A DNA stretch of 64,000 nt from a bacterium (GCA_965261085.1 OZ253442.1:2592001-2656000), one strand, 5' to 3'; positions 9,933-21,686 are shown, counted from the stretch's first letter. Notes: generated by a model from the letters alone, not told the origin. Program-made: numbers and translations.

Positions 9933-10009
9933 GGCGGCGTAGCTCAACCGGTTAGAGCATACGGCTCATATCCGTAGTGTTGGGGGTTCAAGTCCCTCCG
10001 CCGCTACCA
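9933..10009 (+). tRNA. tRNA-Met(CAT), elongator-like
   Basis: Cloverleaf GGCGGCG...CGCCGCT-A-CCA; anticodon arm TACGG-CTCATAT-CCGTA; paired 1:72 position argues against initiator. Confidence 0.92.
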
Positions 10010-10039
10010 TTCCTCGCCGACTAGGGGAGGATATTTTCG

Positions 10040-11524
10040 ATGACCTCGGACGCCTTGCAAGTAACTGCTTTGAAGATAAAAAAAACATTTAAAGCCAAGG
10101 TGAGAAAGGGTCTCAAAAAATCAGCTTATGAGGCCAAGTCTGCGCCTTTGCTCGTCGGTTTTTCGGGTGGTGCGGATTCCACAGCTCTTTTGGTGTCCTT
10201 AAAGTCGCTCTTGCCGGCATCACAGCCCCTATGTGCCGTTCATGTCGAACATGGGCTCCGTGGCGATCTGTCAAAAAAAGATGCTGAGCATACCAAGCAT
10301 ATGTGTCATCGGTACGAAATAGATTTTCGTTGCGAGCAGGTTTGTGTGTCTCGAATAGCGCACTTGGGCCTCGAAGGAGCTGCTCGCGAATCGAGGCGAT
10401 CGGCATTCCTGGCTGTCGCTAAGGAGATGGGCGCCAATACCCTCGCGTTGGCCCACAACATGGATGATCAAGCCGAAACCGTGCTCATGCGTTTATTTGA
10501 AGGAGCAGGCGTGAGAGGGATTTCAGGCATGAGATGGCGGACCCCGCTATCGTCGAACAAAGAAGATGGACTTCACATTATCCGACCCTTGCTGAATGTG
10601 TCGCGCACGGAAATTTTGGAGTATTTAGAGGCGCAGGGCATCGCCTGGATTGAGGATGAAACGAATGCAGACGAGAGCCGTCTTAGGAATCGGATAAGAA
10701 AAATAATTATACCGGTAGTTCGAGAGTATATGGGCGATGCGGCCATCAGCGGAATTGCCAAGAGCGCGGAGATATCGGCCCCCCTTATCTCTTTCATGGA
10801 CCAAATGTCCCGGGAATTGAATGCGAAATTTATCCACGAAGATGATGGGAAATTCGTTATTTTTCCTTTGCATGAGGTGACAGAACTCACTCAATCGCTT
10901 AGGGCCGGGCTTTGGCGCTCGGTACTGAGTATGCTCAGGTACGAATCGCCCGCTCAGGCTCGCAGACGCCCTCTCCGAAAGTGGATTGAAGACTTGGATG
11001 GCCTAGCAATGGGGGATAAGCCTTCGGGGGTGTTGAGTTTGCCTGGCGACTTGGAAGCAAGAAGGGAATATGACCGCCTTATCTTCGGGCCTTCCCATTT
11101 TGATTCGAAGTTGCTTGAGGAGAAAAAGCTCCGGATTCCAGGAAAAACGGTTCATCATTCATTAGGCCTTGCAATAGAAACTTCATGCGATTTTACGCAT
11201 CATCCGAGAGGAACATGGGTAGTACGTCTCGATATAGAAAAACTGGGGATGGATGCCTGTATTCGGACCCGGCGCGATGGAGATCGGTTCCATCCTTTAG
11301 GCCGAAAAAAGGCAAAGAAACTCAAGGATTACTTTATAGAGCAAAAAATACCGAAACCCTTAAGAAATCAGATACCTCTCTTGGCGGCAGGGGATAAAGT
11401 GGCTTGGATTATTGGTCACCAAGTTTCAGCGGAATTCGTACTTGATGGCAATGAAAAGAGGGGGATTACCCTTAAAGCGTTGCTAGAGAATGAAGACAGT
11501 AAACTCTTAAGTTCGTTGAGCTAG
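10040..11524 (+). CDS. tilS: tRNA(Ile)-lysidine synthetase
   Basis: SGGADS, LAHNMDDQAET, IRPLL, RNRIR, C-terminal RRDGDRF..KKLKDYF; precedes ftsH. Confidence 0.95.
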   Translation: MTSDALQVTALKIKKTFKAKVRKGLKKSAYEAKSAPLLVGFSGGADSTALLVSLKSLLPASQPLCAVHVEHGLRGDLSKKDAEHTKHMCHRYEIDFRCEQVCVSRIAHLGLEGAARESRRSAFLAVAKEMGANTLALAHNMDDQAETVLMRLFEGAGVRGISGMRWRTPLSSNKEDGLHIIRPLLNVSRTEILEYLEAQGIAWIEDETNADESRLRNRIRKIIIPVVREYMGDAAISGIAKSAEISAPLISFMDQMSRELNAKFIHEDDGKFVIFPLHEVTELTQSLRAGLWRSVLSMLRYESPAQARRRPLRKWIEDLDGLAMGDKPSGVLSLPGDLEARREYDRLIFGPSHFDSKLLEEKKLRIPGKTVHHSLGLAIETSCDFTHHPRGTWVVRLDIEKLGMDACIRTRRDGDRFHPLGRKKAKKLKDYFIEQKIPKPLRNQIPLLAAGDKVAWIIGHQVSAEFVLDGNEKRGITLKALLENEDSKLLSSLS

Positions 11525-11619
11525 TGATTTGGAATTTAACTCGTAGACGGATGGGGAAAATCCTGATAACTTGTTTGAGAGTTTAGGAAGACGCTCACCC
11601 GAACAAGAAGGAATGTATT

Positions 11620-13539
11620 TTGAATCAATTTTACAAGAATTTAGCGCTTTGGCTGATTATTGGGTTGATAATGGTGGGTTTGTTTCAAGCCTTCAATAGC
11701 CCGCGATCGACGGACAGAACGGTTATCTACAGCGATTTTCTGCAAGCGGTATCTGATGGACAGGTGAGTGAGGTGGTTGTCCAAGGAGACAACATAAGGG
11801 GTCTCTACCTTAGCGGCAGATCTTTTCATACCCACGCTCCCAAGGACCCGAAATTGATCGACACACTCAGGGCCAAAGGCGTTCGCATCACGTCGCAGCC
11901 CGTGGAACAAAACTCTTGGTATATGAGTATGTTGTTGAGTTGGTTGCCTATGCTGGTGATGCTGGGTGTTTGGATTTTCTTCATGCGTCAGATGCAGATG
12001 GGTGGCTCTAAAGCTATGTCGTTTGGGAAAAGCAAAGCACGAATGATGCCCGAATCTGCGAAGAAAAAGGTTACATTCGCGGATGTGGCCGGCATCGAGG
12101 AAGCAAAGGAAGAACTCGAAGAACTCGTTGATTTTCTCCGTGACCCGCAAAAATTCACACGCTTGGGTGCTCGTATTCCCAAGGGTGTTCTTATGGTTGG
12201 TCCTCCGGGCACGGGTAAAACCCTGCTGGCACGGGCTATCGCGGGCGAAGCGGATGTGCCGTTTTTCTCTATAAGTGGTTCAAGTTTTGTGGAGATGTTT
12301 GTCGGGGTCGGGGCGTCGAGGGTCCGGGATTTATTCGAGCAGGGCAAAGCGCATGCGCCTTGCATCATTTTCATCGATGAGATTGATGCTGTCGGGCGAC
12401 ATAGGGGCGCTGGCCTCGGTGGCGGCCACGATGAGCGTGAGCAGACGCTCAATCAACTTCTTGTCGAAATGGATGGTTTTGAATCGAATGATGGGGTCAT
12501 CTTGATAGCGGCGACGAACCGGCCCGACGTGTTGGATCCGGCTCTCCTCAGGCCTGGCCGCTTTGACCGCCAGATTGTCGTTTCCTTGCCCGATATCAAA
12601 GGACGCTTGGCGATTTTGGAGGTGCATGCCGCGAAGGTGCCGCTCAGCGAATCCGTCGACTTGAATCTGATAGCGCGGGGAACTCCGCGATTTGCGGGCG
12701 CTGATTTGGCCAACCTTTTAAACGAATCCGCACTCTTGGCGGCGCGCCGTGGAAAACATTCGGTCGGAAATGACGACTTGATGGAAGCGAAAGATAAAGT
12801 ATTGATGGGCAAGGAGCGGCGCAGTTTGGTGCTCAGTGAAAAGGAGAAGAAGAACACAGCTTTCCATGAGGCGGGACACGCCCTTGTTTCATTGCTGATA
12901 CCGGGGACGGACCCCGTCGAGAAGGTGACGATTATCCCGCGAGGTTTTTCGTTGGGAAGTACATGGTCTTCGCCTGTTGAGGATCGCTATAGCAACGACA
13001 AAACATTTTTGACGAACCAGCTTGCTTGCCTCATGGGTGGACGTGCGGCGGAGATGCTGGTTTTTCAAGAGTTGACGACAGGAGCGAAAGCCGACATCCA
13101 GACGTCGACTGACCTGGGGAGAAGCATGGTTTGTGAATGGGGGATGAGCGAGAAACTCGGTCCTTTGGCCTACGGAAAAAAACAGGAGCAAATTTTCCTG
13201 GGTCGTGAAATCTCACAGCACAGGGATTATAGCGACCAGGTGGCCCTGGAAATTGATAATGAAGTGAAAAGCATGGTCTCGTCGAGTTATGAGAGAGCGT
13301 ATAAATTGCTCGAGGAAAATCGGGACAAGCTCGATTTGCTCGCCAATGCGCTGCTTGAGTATGAAACCATCGATCTCAAAGACATCAAGTCTTTGATGGA
13401 AACCGGGGAGATTTCCAGGAGTCGTAAGCGAAAAGACGAGGTTGGCGAAGAAAACGTTTCAGTCTCTCCACAGCCGGAGAAAAACCCTCGCGAGGATCCG
13501 CAGGCGTCGCCGACGGACTTGGCGCCCGGACAAGCCTAG
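11620..13539 (+). CDS. ftsH: ATP-dependent zinc metalloprotease FtsH
   Basis: Two TMs, [37 protein letters not shown]. Confidence 0.98.
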   Translation: MNQFYKNLALWLIIGLIMVGLFQAFNSPRSTDRTVIYSDFLQAVSDGQVSEVVVQGDNIRGLYLSGRSFHTHAPKDPKLIDTLRAKGVRITSQPVEQNSWYMSMLLSWLPMLVMLGVWIFFMRQMQMGGSKAMSFGKSKARMMPESAKKKVTFADVAGIEEAKEELEELVDFLRDPQKFTRLGARIPKGVLMVGPPGTGKTLLARAIAGEADVPFFSISGSSFVEMFVGVGASRVRDLFEQGKAHAPCIIFIDEIDAVGRHRGAGLGGGHDEREQTLNQLLVEMDGFESNDGVILIAATNRPDVLDPALLRPGRFDRQIVVSLPDIKGRLAILEVHAAKVPLSESVDLNLIARGTPRFAGADLANLLNESALLAARRGKHSVGNDDLMEAKDKVLMGKERRSLVLSEKEKKNTAFHEAGHALVSLLIPGTDPVEKVTIIPRGFSLGSTWSSPVEDRYSNDKTFLTNQLACLMGGRAAEMLVFQELTTGAKADIQTSTDLGRSMVCEWGMSEKLGPLAYGKKQEQIFLGREISQHRDYSDQVALEIDNEVKSMVSSSYERAYKLLEENRDKLDLLANALLEYETIDLKDIKSLMETGEISRSRKRKDEVGEENVSVSPQPEKNPREDPQASPTDLAPGQA

Positions 13540-13652
13540 TTTCTCCCTATATTTCGATTTATGATGTCGTATAGAAGCGCCTCTGGATTCTGGCGCATTG
13601 GACGTGAAAGTCCAAATGACATGACGTTGTATTTGTGGTGTCGAGGAGAAAG

Positions 13653-14381
13653 ATGGCTAAGCTCTGTGTGAATGTAGATCATGTCGCCACCATCCGGGAA
13701 GCGCGAAAGACGAACGAGCCTGATCCTGTGGCAACTGCTCTTATCGCTGAACGTGCGGGCGCTATAGGCATCACCATTCACCTGCGGGAAGACAGAAGGC
13801 ATATCCAGGATAGGGACCTCACGTTGATGCGCCAGGTGGTTCGGGGCAAGCTCAACCTGGAGATGGCGCCTGTATCCGAGATGCAGGGCATCGCGCTCGA
13901 TGTGAAGCCGGAGCAGGTCACCCTGGTTCCGGAGCGACGTGAGGAGATAACGACCGAGGGCGGCTTGCATGTGGCTGGCAACATCGAACAAATAGCCGAC
14001 TTGATGAAACCGCTGCGAGAAGCAGGGATCCTCTTGAGTCTATTTATCGATCCCCATCCCGCCCAAATTGAAGCCGCAAAGGAGTTGAACGCGGATTTCG
14101 TGGAGTTGAACACGGCGGCTTATTCTGAGGCGAAAGATTTATTCTCTCAAGAAAAAGAGTTGGCTTCACTTCGCGATGCTTCCTTGCAGGCCCACGACCT
14201 CGGTATCGGCGTTCACGCAGGCCACGGCCTCACCTATCTAAACGTGCACGCCGTGGCCTCTCTTCCCCATCTGCAAGAACTGAACATTGGCCACAGCATT
14301 GTCTCGCATTCTGTTTTTGTCGGTTTTGAGAGAGCCGTGCGCGAGATGTCGGATATCATCGAACGAGTAGGCGCCGCCTGA
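13653..14381 (+). CDS. pdxJ: Pyridoxine 5'-phosphate synthase
   Basis: [39 protein letters not shown]; start placed after GAGGAG. Confidence 0.96.
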   Translation: MAKLCVNVDHVATIREARKTNEPDPVATALIAERAGAIGITIHLREDRRHIQDRDLTLMRQVVRGKLNLEMAPVSEMQGIALDVKPEQVTLVPERREEITTEGGLHVAGNIEQIADLMKPLREAGILLSLFIDPHPAQIEAAKELNADFVELNTAAYSEAKDLFSQEKELASLRDASLQAHDLGIGVHAGHGLTYLNVHAVASLPHLQELNIGHSIVSHSVFVGFERAVREMSDIIERVGAA

Positions 14382-14383
14382 GC

Positions 14384-15970
14384 ATGCCGATTCCGGTCGT
14401 TACAGCTCAGGAAATGTCGAATATCGACAACCGGGCGATTCAGGAATATGGAATTCCCTCCGCATGCTTAATGGAAACGGCAGGGGTAAAATCCGCTCAA
14501 AAGATCTGGGAAAAATATGGCAGAGCCGGTCTCCGTGTTTTGATTGTTTGCGGGAAAGGGAACAACGGTGGAGATGGTTTCGTCATTGCCAGACATTTAT
14601 GCAATTCCGGGGCCGATGTTGATGTCGCGGCCTTGTTTCCCCTAAGCGAAGCCACTGATGATCCCGCCGTTTTTCTGAAAACGCTCGAAAAGATGGAAAT
14701 TTCCGTCTTGGAGGTGGAGGAGAAAAACGCCTCATTGTTGGAGGCGATGACAAAAAACGCAGATTTGGTAGTAGATGCCATTCTGGGAACCGGATATCGT
14801 CCACCTGCCCGAGGCCTTCCGGAGGAGGCAATCCGTATCTTGTCCGCCTGTGAGACCCCGATAGTGGCCATCGACATGCCATCCGGGCTTGATTCCACTG
14901 CCGGCAGGGCCGAGCCTCCACATATAGATGCAAAAATCACGTTGGCGCTGGGAGCACTCAAGCGGGGACATCTTCTTATGCCGGCTGCTGAGCATGTGGG
15001 GGAGGTCATATCTCTCGATGTCGGGATTCCGCAAAAGTGTCTGTATGAAGAAAATATTTCGCTTCACGTCACGGAACCCTCCGATGTGGCTGAGAATTTG
15101 CCCGAAAGACGTCCCGATGCGCACAAAGGGGATGCTGGCCACCTTTTGTTGATAGCAGGCGCGCCCGGTATGTCGGGAGCCGCCTTGATGACGGCCATGT
15201 CGGCTCTTCGTTCGGGTGCCGGTCGGGTGACACTTGCCGTGCCGGAAAGTATTTATCCCCTCGTGGAGAGCAAATATCCCGAAGTCATGACGTTATCTTT
15301 ACCGGCCACGGAATCCGGCTCTGTTGACGCATCGGCGTTCGATTTTATCGTCGAGCGTTCAGAAGACATGAGTGCTTTGGTCGTAGGCCCTGGACTGATG
15401 ACGAACCCGAGAACAATCGAGCTTGTCCACCTCCTCATCCAACATGTCGATGCCCCCATTGTCCTCGATGCCGATGGCCTGAATGCGCTTGCTCAAGATT
15501 TGACCATCCTGGATGGCAGACTCGCACAACTGATTTTGACGCCTCACCCGGGCGAAATGGCGAGGCTCCTTGGAATTTCGACGAGAGAAGTGCAAGAAGA
15601 TCGCATCACTCACGCAAGCCTGTTTGCCGTGCACCATCAACTTGATATAGCCCTGAAGGGCTGGGGAACGATTGTCGCCACATCGAATGGGGAAATCTGG
15701 TACAACCCCACCGGAAACTCCGATATGGCAACTGCCGGTAGTGGAGATGTATTGGCGGGCGTCATTGGCGCCTTGCTCGCTCAGGGGCTTTCTCGTAAGT
15801 GGGCTTTGGCATGCGGAGTTTATCTGCATGGTTTGTCTGGCGAATTGGCGTCCTTGGAAGTGGGTGGACTCGGAATCACGGCAACCGATATTCTACAAGC
15901 CCTTCCTAAGGCGAGAAGGGAAGTGTTCATGGAAACAGGAGGCTCCAAAACTGCTCGAATTTCCCTTTGA
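14384..15970 (+). CDS. nnr: Bifunctional NAD(P)HX epimerase/dehydratase
   Basis: GKGNNGGDG, DAILGTG, HKGDAG, DADGLN, TPHPGEMARL, TAGSGDVLAG. Confidence 0.95.
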   Translation: MPIPVVTAQEMSNIDNRAIQEYGIPSACLMETAGVKSAQKIWEKYGRAGLRVLIVCGKGNNGGDGFVIARHLCNSGADVDVAALFPLSEATDDPAVFLKTLEKMEISVLEVEEKNASLLEAMTKNADLVVDAILGTGYRPPARGLPEEAIRILSACETPIVAIDMPSGLDSTAGRAEPPHIDAKITLALGALKRGHLLMPAAEHVGEVISLDVGIPQKCLYEENISLHVTEPSDVAENLPERRPDAHKGDAGHLLLIAGAPGMSGAALMTAMSALRSGAGRVTLAVPESIYPLVESKYPEVMTLSLPATESGSVDASAFDFIVERSEDMSALVVGPGLMTNPRTIELVHLLIQHVDAPIVLDADGLNALAQDLTILDGRLAQLILTPHPGEMARLLGISTREVQEDRITHASLFAVHHQLDIALKGWGTIVATSNGEIWYNPTGNSDMATAGSGDVLAGVIGALLAQGLSRKWALACGVYLHGLSGELASLEVGGLGITATDILQALPKARREVFMETGGSKTARISL

Positions 15971-15971
15971 G

Positions 15972-16385
15972 ATGCAAAGTGATTCGATTGGACAAACGGC
16001 CGAGTTGGCTGCTCGATTGGCGAAAGTATCGAGACCCGGCGAGGTTATTTTGCTCGATGGTGACTTAGGCGCCGGAAAAACCGTTTTTGCAAAAGGTTTT
16101 ATCGAATCGATGTCGGGGGGAGAGGGACAAATTATCAGGAGTCCCACTTTTGTCTATATTCGCCATTATCCGACCATTCCGCCCGTTCACCATATCGACC
16201 TGTATCGACTTCCAAAGGATTCAGATATCAAGGAAATGGGTTTGTGGGATCATATAGGTGAGAGCGATTTTGTATTGATCGAGTGGCCTAACCATGTGGA
16301 AAAATGGCGCTTCTCTGTATCAACGCACGTCAAGTTTGACATTGTGGGAGATGAAAATCGACGCCTCTATATTTTCCGGCCATGA
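15972..16385 (+). CDS. tsaE: t6A biosynthesis ATPase TsaE
   Basis: GDLGAGKT, SPTF, HIDLYRL, IEW; start trimmed to the ATG just after the nnr stop. Confidence 0.92.
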   Translation: MQSDSIGQTAELAARLAKVSRPGEVILLDGDLGAGKTVFAKGFIESMSGGEGQIIRSPTFVYIRHYPTIPPVHHIDLYRLPKDSDIKEMGLWDHIGESDFVLIEWPNHVEKWRFSVSTHVKFDIVGDENRRLYIFRP

Positions 16386-16429
16386 AATAATTCTTCTTTA
16401 CAAAAAAAGAAAAGGGTGGCAATCTAACA

Positions 16430-16445
16430 GGGCATTATTTTTGCA
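16430..16445 (+). promoter_or_regulatory. Candidate sigma54 (-24/-12) promoter upstream of lptCAB-rpoN
   Basis: GGGCAT-TATTT-TTGCA with exact GG-N10-GC spacing. Confidence 0.4.
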
Positions 16446-16574
16446 TGTATTAATTGAGGAAGAGACGTAACCGGAGTGGGAAGATAAATTTCGTGATTCT
16501 GGAGGGATGAGTTTTTTATCGCAGATATCGCATGTGTTGACGTTGAATGCCGCCTGTGTTTTAGAAGGTTTGCG

Positions 16575-17186
16575 ATGCTTTTCCGTAAGATGCTGAGAAT
16601 GGTGTTGCTGGGCTTTCTACTCGCGATTGGCGGTACAATTGCCTATTTTATCGTGAGTTCTTCGGATCATCTTCTGAATATAGGAGAATTTTCGTTCACA
16701 GACTCGGATGCGGACTTCAATATAGATAAAGTGCATGTAGTTGAAAACACAAAAGGCGTCAGGGAGTGGGAGTTGTGGGCGGACTCCGCCAAGGTGTACC
16801 GGCAAAAAGATTTGACCATTCTGAAGAATCTGAAGCTTCGTTTTTATCCGAAAGAAGGTGAACCGGCGCATGTGACCGCCCAGGAAGGAACCATGCAGAA
16901 CGAGAGTCGAAACATTAGAATCAGCGGCAATGTCACCATCTTAGCGTCGAATGGCGTTTCAATGAAAACAGACTCTTTGTATTTTCGCTCAAAAGAAAAA
17001 CGCATTGATTCGGATTCGCAGGTTTTGATGGAAGGGGCTCGCTTTCGCTTGATCGGCACTGGCCTACAAGGGCAAACAGATCTGGGGAATTACAAATTGA
17101 AGGAAAATGTGAGCGCTACGATATACGGTGCGAGCAATGATTTCCTCAACCAGGAAAGAGGAAATAAGCTTATTCGCGCCAAATAA
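16575..17186 (+). CDS. lptC: LPS export protein LptC
   Basis: N-terminal TM, WELWADSA, beta-jellyroll pattern; first gene of lptCAB-rpoN. Confidence 0.85.
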   Translation: MLFRKMLRMVLLGFLLAIGGTIAYFIVSSSDHLLNIGEFSFTDSDADFNIDKVHVVENTKGVREWELWADSAKVYRQKDLTILKNLKLRFYPKEGEPAHVTAQEGTMQNESRNIRISGNVTILASNGVSMKTDSLYFRSKEKRIDSDSQVLMEGARFRLIGTGLQGQTDLGNYKLKENVSATIYGASNDFLNQERGNKLIRAK

Positions 17187-17221
17187 GGGAGCATACGGCC
17201 GATCCCGAATGGAGGGCTGTT

Positions 17222-17815
17222 TTGAAACCGAAAAACTACCGCCTGAAGCGTTTTGGCCCCATTGGTATAGGGTTATGCTTAGTTTTTTCATTGTGGACTG
17301 GCTCTTACTCATTCGCACAGCCAAAAAACAAGCAAAGCCGATTAAACCGCAAGGCTCCGATTCACATTACCTCCAACAAGATGGAAGTGAACAGCCGGAA
17401 GAATCTCATCGTGTTCATCGGGGATGTAAAGGCGAATCAGGGAAACATGCGCATAAAAGCGGATCGTCTCGAAGTATATACGCTGGAAGCTAAGCGACCG
17501 GGCTCGAAGCGTAGGCTGGCCCCCAAGGACAGGGCAGGGGAAGTCGATAGAATTGTGGCCATCGGAAACGTGAACATGGATCAAGCGAAAAGAAGGTTTG
17601 CCACTGCAGCTCGGCTTGAATATCGAGAATCCACCGGCATCGCTGTATTGACAGGAAGCCCTCGCGTGTGGGAAGGAAAGAATCAGCTAGTCGGCGCCAA
17701 AATAGAATTGAATTTGAAAGAAGAAAAAACGATAGTTCATGGCTCACCTCGCCGGAGAGTCAGCGTTACCCTTTTTCCTTCCAGCGAGACACCACGCCGC
17801 AAAAAATCCAATTAG
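17222..17815 (+). CDS. lptA: LPS transport periplasmic protein LptA
   Basis: [35 protein letters not shown]. Confidence 0.88.
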   Translation: MKPKNYRLKRFGPIGIGLCLVFSLWTGSYSFAQPKNKQSRLNRKAPIHITSNKMEVNSRKNLIVFIGDVKANQGNMRIKADRLEVYTLEAKRPGSKRRLAPKDRAGEVDRIVAIGNVNMDQAKRRFATAARLEYRESTGIAVLTGSPRVWEGKNQLVGAKIELNLKEEKTIVHGSPRRRVSVTLFPSSETPRRKKSN

Positions 17816-17819
17816 ACTC

Positions 17820-18584
17820 ATGGCTACGAGAACCGACGGCAATGCGATTCGACACGGCGGGGTTGTCTCAATTCTCGCCACTGGATTAACGAAAAGCTAT
17901 TCTGGCCGAAAGGTTGTCTCCGGCGTGGAGCTCGAAGTACATCCCGGCGAAATTGTGAGTTTGCTTGGACCAAACGGGGCCGGCAAAACGACGATATTCT
18001 ATATGATTGTCGGGTTAATCGTTCCAGATTCGGGAAAAATATTTTTGAACGGCAGGGAAATCACCGACCAGCCCATGTATATGCGCGCCAAGCAGGGAAT
18101 CAGCTATTTGCCTCAGGAGGCGTCTGTGTTTCGTCGTCTTTCGGTGAGGCAAAACATCATGGCGGTGCTTGAATTGGTTTCGAGTGATCCAAACCAGCGC
18201 GAGAAACGATTGTATGAAATTTTAGAGGACCTGGATATCAAGCACATTCAATCTGTGAAGGGATATGCCCTCTCCGGCGGTGAACGTAGGCGTGTGGAAA
18301 TTGCCAGGGCATTGGCCACAAATCCCGATTTTATGCTCCTTGATGAGCCTTTTGCCGGTATTGATCCGATCGTGGTTCACGATATCCAGAACATTGTGGC
18401 GGGCTTAAAAGCTCGTGGAATTGGAGTCATTATCACGGACCACAATGTGCGCGAGGCCTTTCAGATATCCGACAGGGTATACATCATCAATGAGGGACAG
18501 ATACTGGAGTCTGGTATCCCTGAGGAAATTGCCGCCAGCGATAAGGCTCGGGATGTTTATCTGGGCGAAAAATTTCGTCTTTGA
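17820..18584 (+). CDS. lptB: LPS export ABC ATPase LptB
   Basis: [55 protein letters not shown]. Confidence 0.97.
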   Translation: MATRTDGNAIRHGGVVSILATGLTKSYSGRKVVSGVELEVHPGEIVSLLGPNGAGKTTIFYMIVGLIVPDSGKIFLNGREITDQPMYMRAKQGISYLPQEASVFRRLSVRQNIMAVLELVSSDPNQREKRLYEILEDLDIKHIQSVKGYALSGGERRRVEIARALATNPDFMLLDEPFAGIDPIVVHDIQNIVAGLKARGIGVIITDHNVREAFQISDRVYIINEGQILESGIPEEIAASDKARDVYLGEKFRL

Positions 18585-18601
18585 AGGCGAGAGGAATAAA
18601 C

Positions 18602-20044
18602 ATGGCTTTGCAGCATAAGATGGTAATGAAGACGGAGCAACGTCTCGTCATGACCGCCATGTTGCGGCAGGCGATTGGCCTTTTGCCTCTGGGCCGCACG
18701 GAAATGCAGCAAGCCGTTCAGCAGGAAATGTTGAACAATCCCTTGCTGGAAGAAATCCAGGATGAAATGAAAGAGGTAGCTGACGGCGATATGCCGGAAT
18801 TGAGAGACGATGTTCCCGAGAGTCAAAATGATGAAAGAGGCGAAGTGGAAATCGATTGGGGAAACATTGTGCAGGACAATTATGATGATTTCTCGCCTAC
18901 AACCTTCGATGATGAATTCCCCTCTCATGAACAGACCTTGGCGCGGCCCGATACGTTGCATGAGCACTTGGCATGGCAATTGAGTCTTTCGGTGGTTCCT
19001 GAGCCGATAGCAAGGGTTGCCGAGCAAATAATTTGGAATGTAAATGACGAGGGTTATATTGAGGTTGATGCGGAGGGGTTGGCGGACAGTGTGGGTCTGG
19101 GGCCTCTTGAGGCTGATAAGGCATTGGCTTTAGTGCAAGGATTCAATCCACCTGGCGTTGCTGCGAGAACACTTCAAGAGTGTCTCATTATACAATTGAA
19201 AAATTATGAATTATCTATGAATGGCAATAGCCGTTTTGTGGATTTGGCGCGAGTCTTGTTGCTTGAAGACATTGAGAAGATAGGTGAGCGGCAATATGCG
19301 AAACTGGCCAAGGCTAACGGCGTAGATGAAGACGATATCATTCAGGCCATCCACATCATTCGCAGTCTTGATCCTTACCCGGGGTTGCGTTTTTCCGAGC
19401 AAAGAGTGGAGGTAGTGACCCCGGACGTGAGCGTCACTAAGAGGGGAGATGATTATGAGGTAATACTCAACGACGATGGCCTACCTCCCCTGCGTGTGAA
19501 TTCTCTTTATGCAGCTATGGCAGCCGACAAAGCGGGGACTTCTCTAGATACGCGGAAATATTTAGAGGAAAGGCTCAGGGCGGCTGCATGGTTCGTCAAA
19601 AGCATAGAGCAAAGAAGACAGACGATTCTGAAAGTTTGCCGAAGCATTGTGCGTTTTCAAAAGGATTTCTTGGAAGATGGCGTGAGTTGCTTAAAACCCC
19701 TGATTTTGAGGGATGTGGCCCAAGATATCGGGATGCACGAATCGACCGTGAGTCGTGTTACGACAGGCAAGTATATGGATACGCCGCAGGGTGTTTTGAG
19801 CTTCAAGTATTTTTTCCACAGCGGGTTGGAATCGAGTGAGGGGAAGAGCACCTCTTCGGTAGCAGTAAAGGAGACCATCAAGAAAATAGTGGAACAGGAA
19901 AACCGTGAGAAGCCGCTCACCGACCAACATATTGTGGATAGACTCAAGCAAGACAACGTGGCGATAGCGAGGCGGACGGTGACAAAATACCGCAAAGAAC
20001 TGCGCATCTCTCCCGCTAGTAAAAGGCGCAAAATGCATCGATGA
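18602..20044 (+). CDS. rpoN: RNA polymerase sigma-54 factor
   Basis: HESTVSR, RpoN box ARRTVTKYR. Confidence 0.97.
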   Translation: MALQHKMVMKTEQRLVMTAMLRQAIGLLPLGRTEMQQAVQQEMLNNPLLEEIQDEMKEVADGDMPELRDDVPESQNDERGEVEIDWGNIVQDNYDDFSPTTFDDEFPSHEQTLARPDTLHEHLAWQLSLSVVPEPIARVAEQIIWNVNDEGYIEVDAEGLADSVGLGPLEADKALALVQGFNPPGVAARTLQECLIIQLKNYELSMNGNSRFVDLARVLLLEDIEKIGERQYAKLAKANGVDEDDIIQAIHIIRSLDPYPGLRFSEQRVEVVTPDVSVTKRGDDYEVILNDDGLPPLRVNSLYAAMAADKAGTSLDTRKYLEERLRAAAWFVKSIEQRRQTILKVCRSIVRFQKDFLEDGVSCLKPLILRDVAQDIGMHESTVSRVTTGKYMDTPQGVLSFKYFFHSGLESSEGKSTSSVAVKETIKKIVEQENREKPLTDQHIVDRLKQDNVAIARRTVTKYRKELRISPASKRRKMHR

Positions 20045-20294
20045 CACTAGATGCGGCCTGTGCATTGACTCATATTTCGTGCCCACGCACACCGTGGTTC
20101 GTAGAGGTGGGGCAAGAGGCTCCATGGGCTTGTGATTAATCTGAAATGATTTTGAATGTTTGTTATTATCCATAGAATCTGGGCGTTATATTCTCCGGGG
20201 CGCAGTATGGTGGCTCCAAGTTTCGTGTAGGGCGTTCACTCGTATCACCAGAATGGACATTCAGTCCCTTGGGGCGTATTGAACGTCGAGGAAA

Positions 20295-21236
20295 GTGATG
20301 AGTAAACTCTCGGTATCTCAATTGTACGAAGATCTGCGGGAAGAGTTGAAGTTATCCATACTCTCGGGCGAATCTGGCATGAGCCGCTGGATTAATCATA
20401 CGCACTTTCAGAAAAATGGTTTGCCTCTTGCTGGATTTTTGAAAGCTGTGCACCCGGATAGGGTTCAGGTATGGGGCAGCACAGAAGTAGGTTTTCTGGA
20501 AGACCTGAAAGAGGAGGAGAGAATCGAAGCGGTGCGTAAATATTTTCGTATGCCTCTGTGCGCCGTACTGGTTACGGGAGGAAAATATATTTCTCCGAGT
20601 ATCAGGGATGTATCGGATCAATCAGGGGTGCCGATTATACTCTCGGGCTTGCATGGCAAGGATTTGATGCCGAAATTGTCGGGGTATCTCGAGGAGCATC
20701 TCTCCCCGCATGCGCGGCTCCACGGCGTCCTTGTTGATTTGTACGGTGTCGGGGTATTTATTCAAGGCAAAAGCGGCATTGGTAAAAGCGAGTGCGCACT
20801 CCATCTCGTCACGCGGGGTCATCGGCTCGTTGCAGACGATGTGGTGGATATTCAGTTGCGCGGAAATGAGTTGGTTGGAAAAAGCACAGAACTACTTAAA
20901 CACCACATCGAGGTAAGGGGGCTTGGAATACTGAATCTGAAAGACCTGTTTGGCGTGGTCGCGATTCGGTATGAAAAAAATGTCGACATCATCGTGGAGT
21001 TGATTCCTTGGAGTCCGGATTTGGCTTTCGAGCGTCTCGGAATCGATATCGAGACCCAAAATGTCTTGGGTAAATACCTGCCGCACGTGAAAATCCCCGT
21101 TGCTCCAGGGAGGAATATACCCACGCTGATCGAGGTGGCTGCCAGGAACCTGTTGTTGCAGAGAATGGGTTATTTCTCCGCAGAAGAATTCAGCCGCACC
21201 CTCTCTGCCCGGATCGCGCTCGAATCGACGGATTAG
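20295..21236 (+). CDS. hprK: HPr kinase/phosphorylase
   Basis: HGVLV, GKSGIGKSE, LVADD, EVRGLGI, PVAPGRN. Confidence 0.96.
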   Translation: MMSKLSVSQLYEDLREELKLSILSGESGMSRWINHTHFQKNGLPLAGFLKAVHPDRVQVWGSTEVGFLEDLKEEERIEAVRKYFRMPLCAVLVTGGKYISPSIRDVSDQSGVPIILSGLHGKDLMPKLSGYLEEHLSPHARLHGVLVDLYGVGVFIQGKSGIGKSECALHLVTRGHRLVADDVVDIQLRGNELVGKSTELLKHHIEVRGLGILNLKDLFGVVAIRYEKNVDIIVELIPWSPDLAFERLGIDIETQNVLGKYLPHVKIPVAPGRNIPTLIEVAARNLLLQRMGYFSAEEFSRTLSARIALESTD

Positions 21237-21263
21237 AAGGATAAAAGGAAAAAGAGGTTTCGC

Positions 21264-21686
21264 ATGATTGGTTTGGTGATCGTCGGTCATGGAGATTATC
21301 CGAATGCATTGTTGAATGCGGCCGAATCTGTCCTGTCCGGCGCAACTCAAATGAAGGCGCTGTCCTTGAAACCTGACGCCGACCCCGCCGGATTCACGGA
21401 AAAAATAGAAAAAGCGGTTACTGAGGTAGACGCGGGTGAGGGGGTGATAATTATGACGGATATGATGGGAGGTGCTCCTACGAATGCGGCTCTCGCCATG
21501 CTCAATCATCCGAGGGTAGAGGTAGTGACAGGAGTGAATTTACCGATGCTCTTGAAATTGTCGTTCATCAAGGGAAAGACTGTTTCTGAAGCGGCGCGTT
21601 TTTTGGTGGAGTATGGAAGGCGAAACCTGGCCCAGCCGAGCGAAATGATCAATTCAGTGAAACAGCAAACAACCAAGGAGGAATGA
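21264..21686 (+). CDS. PTS EIIA component, mannose/fructose family
   Basis: IVGHG phospho-His, DMMGGAPTN, TGVNLPML. Confidence 0.9.
   Translation: MIGLVIVGHGDYPNALLNAAESVLSGATQMKALSLKPDADPAGFTEKIEKAVTEVDAGEGVIIMTDMMGGAPTNAALAMLNHPRVEVVTGVNLPMLLKLSFIKGKTVSEAARFLVEYGRRNLAQPSEMINSVKQQTTKEE

Noticed and set aside
9933-10009. tRNA(CAT) beside tilS read as tRNA-Ile2
   Set aside because: Acceptor stem and anticodon arm resemble elongator tRNA-Met; adjacency alone is insufficient. A tRNA isotype classifier would settle it.
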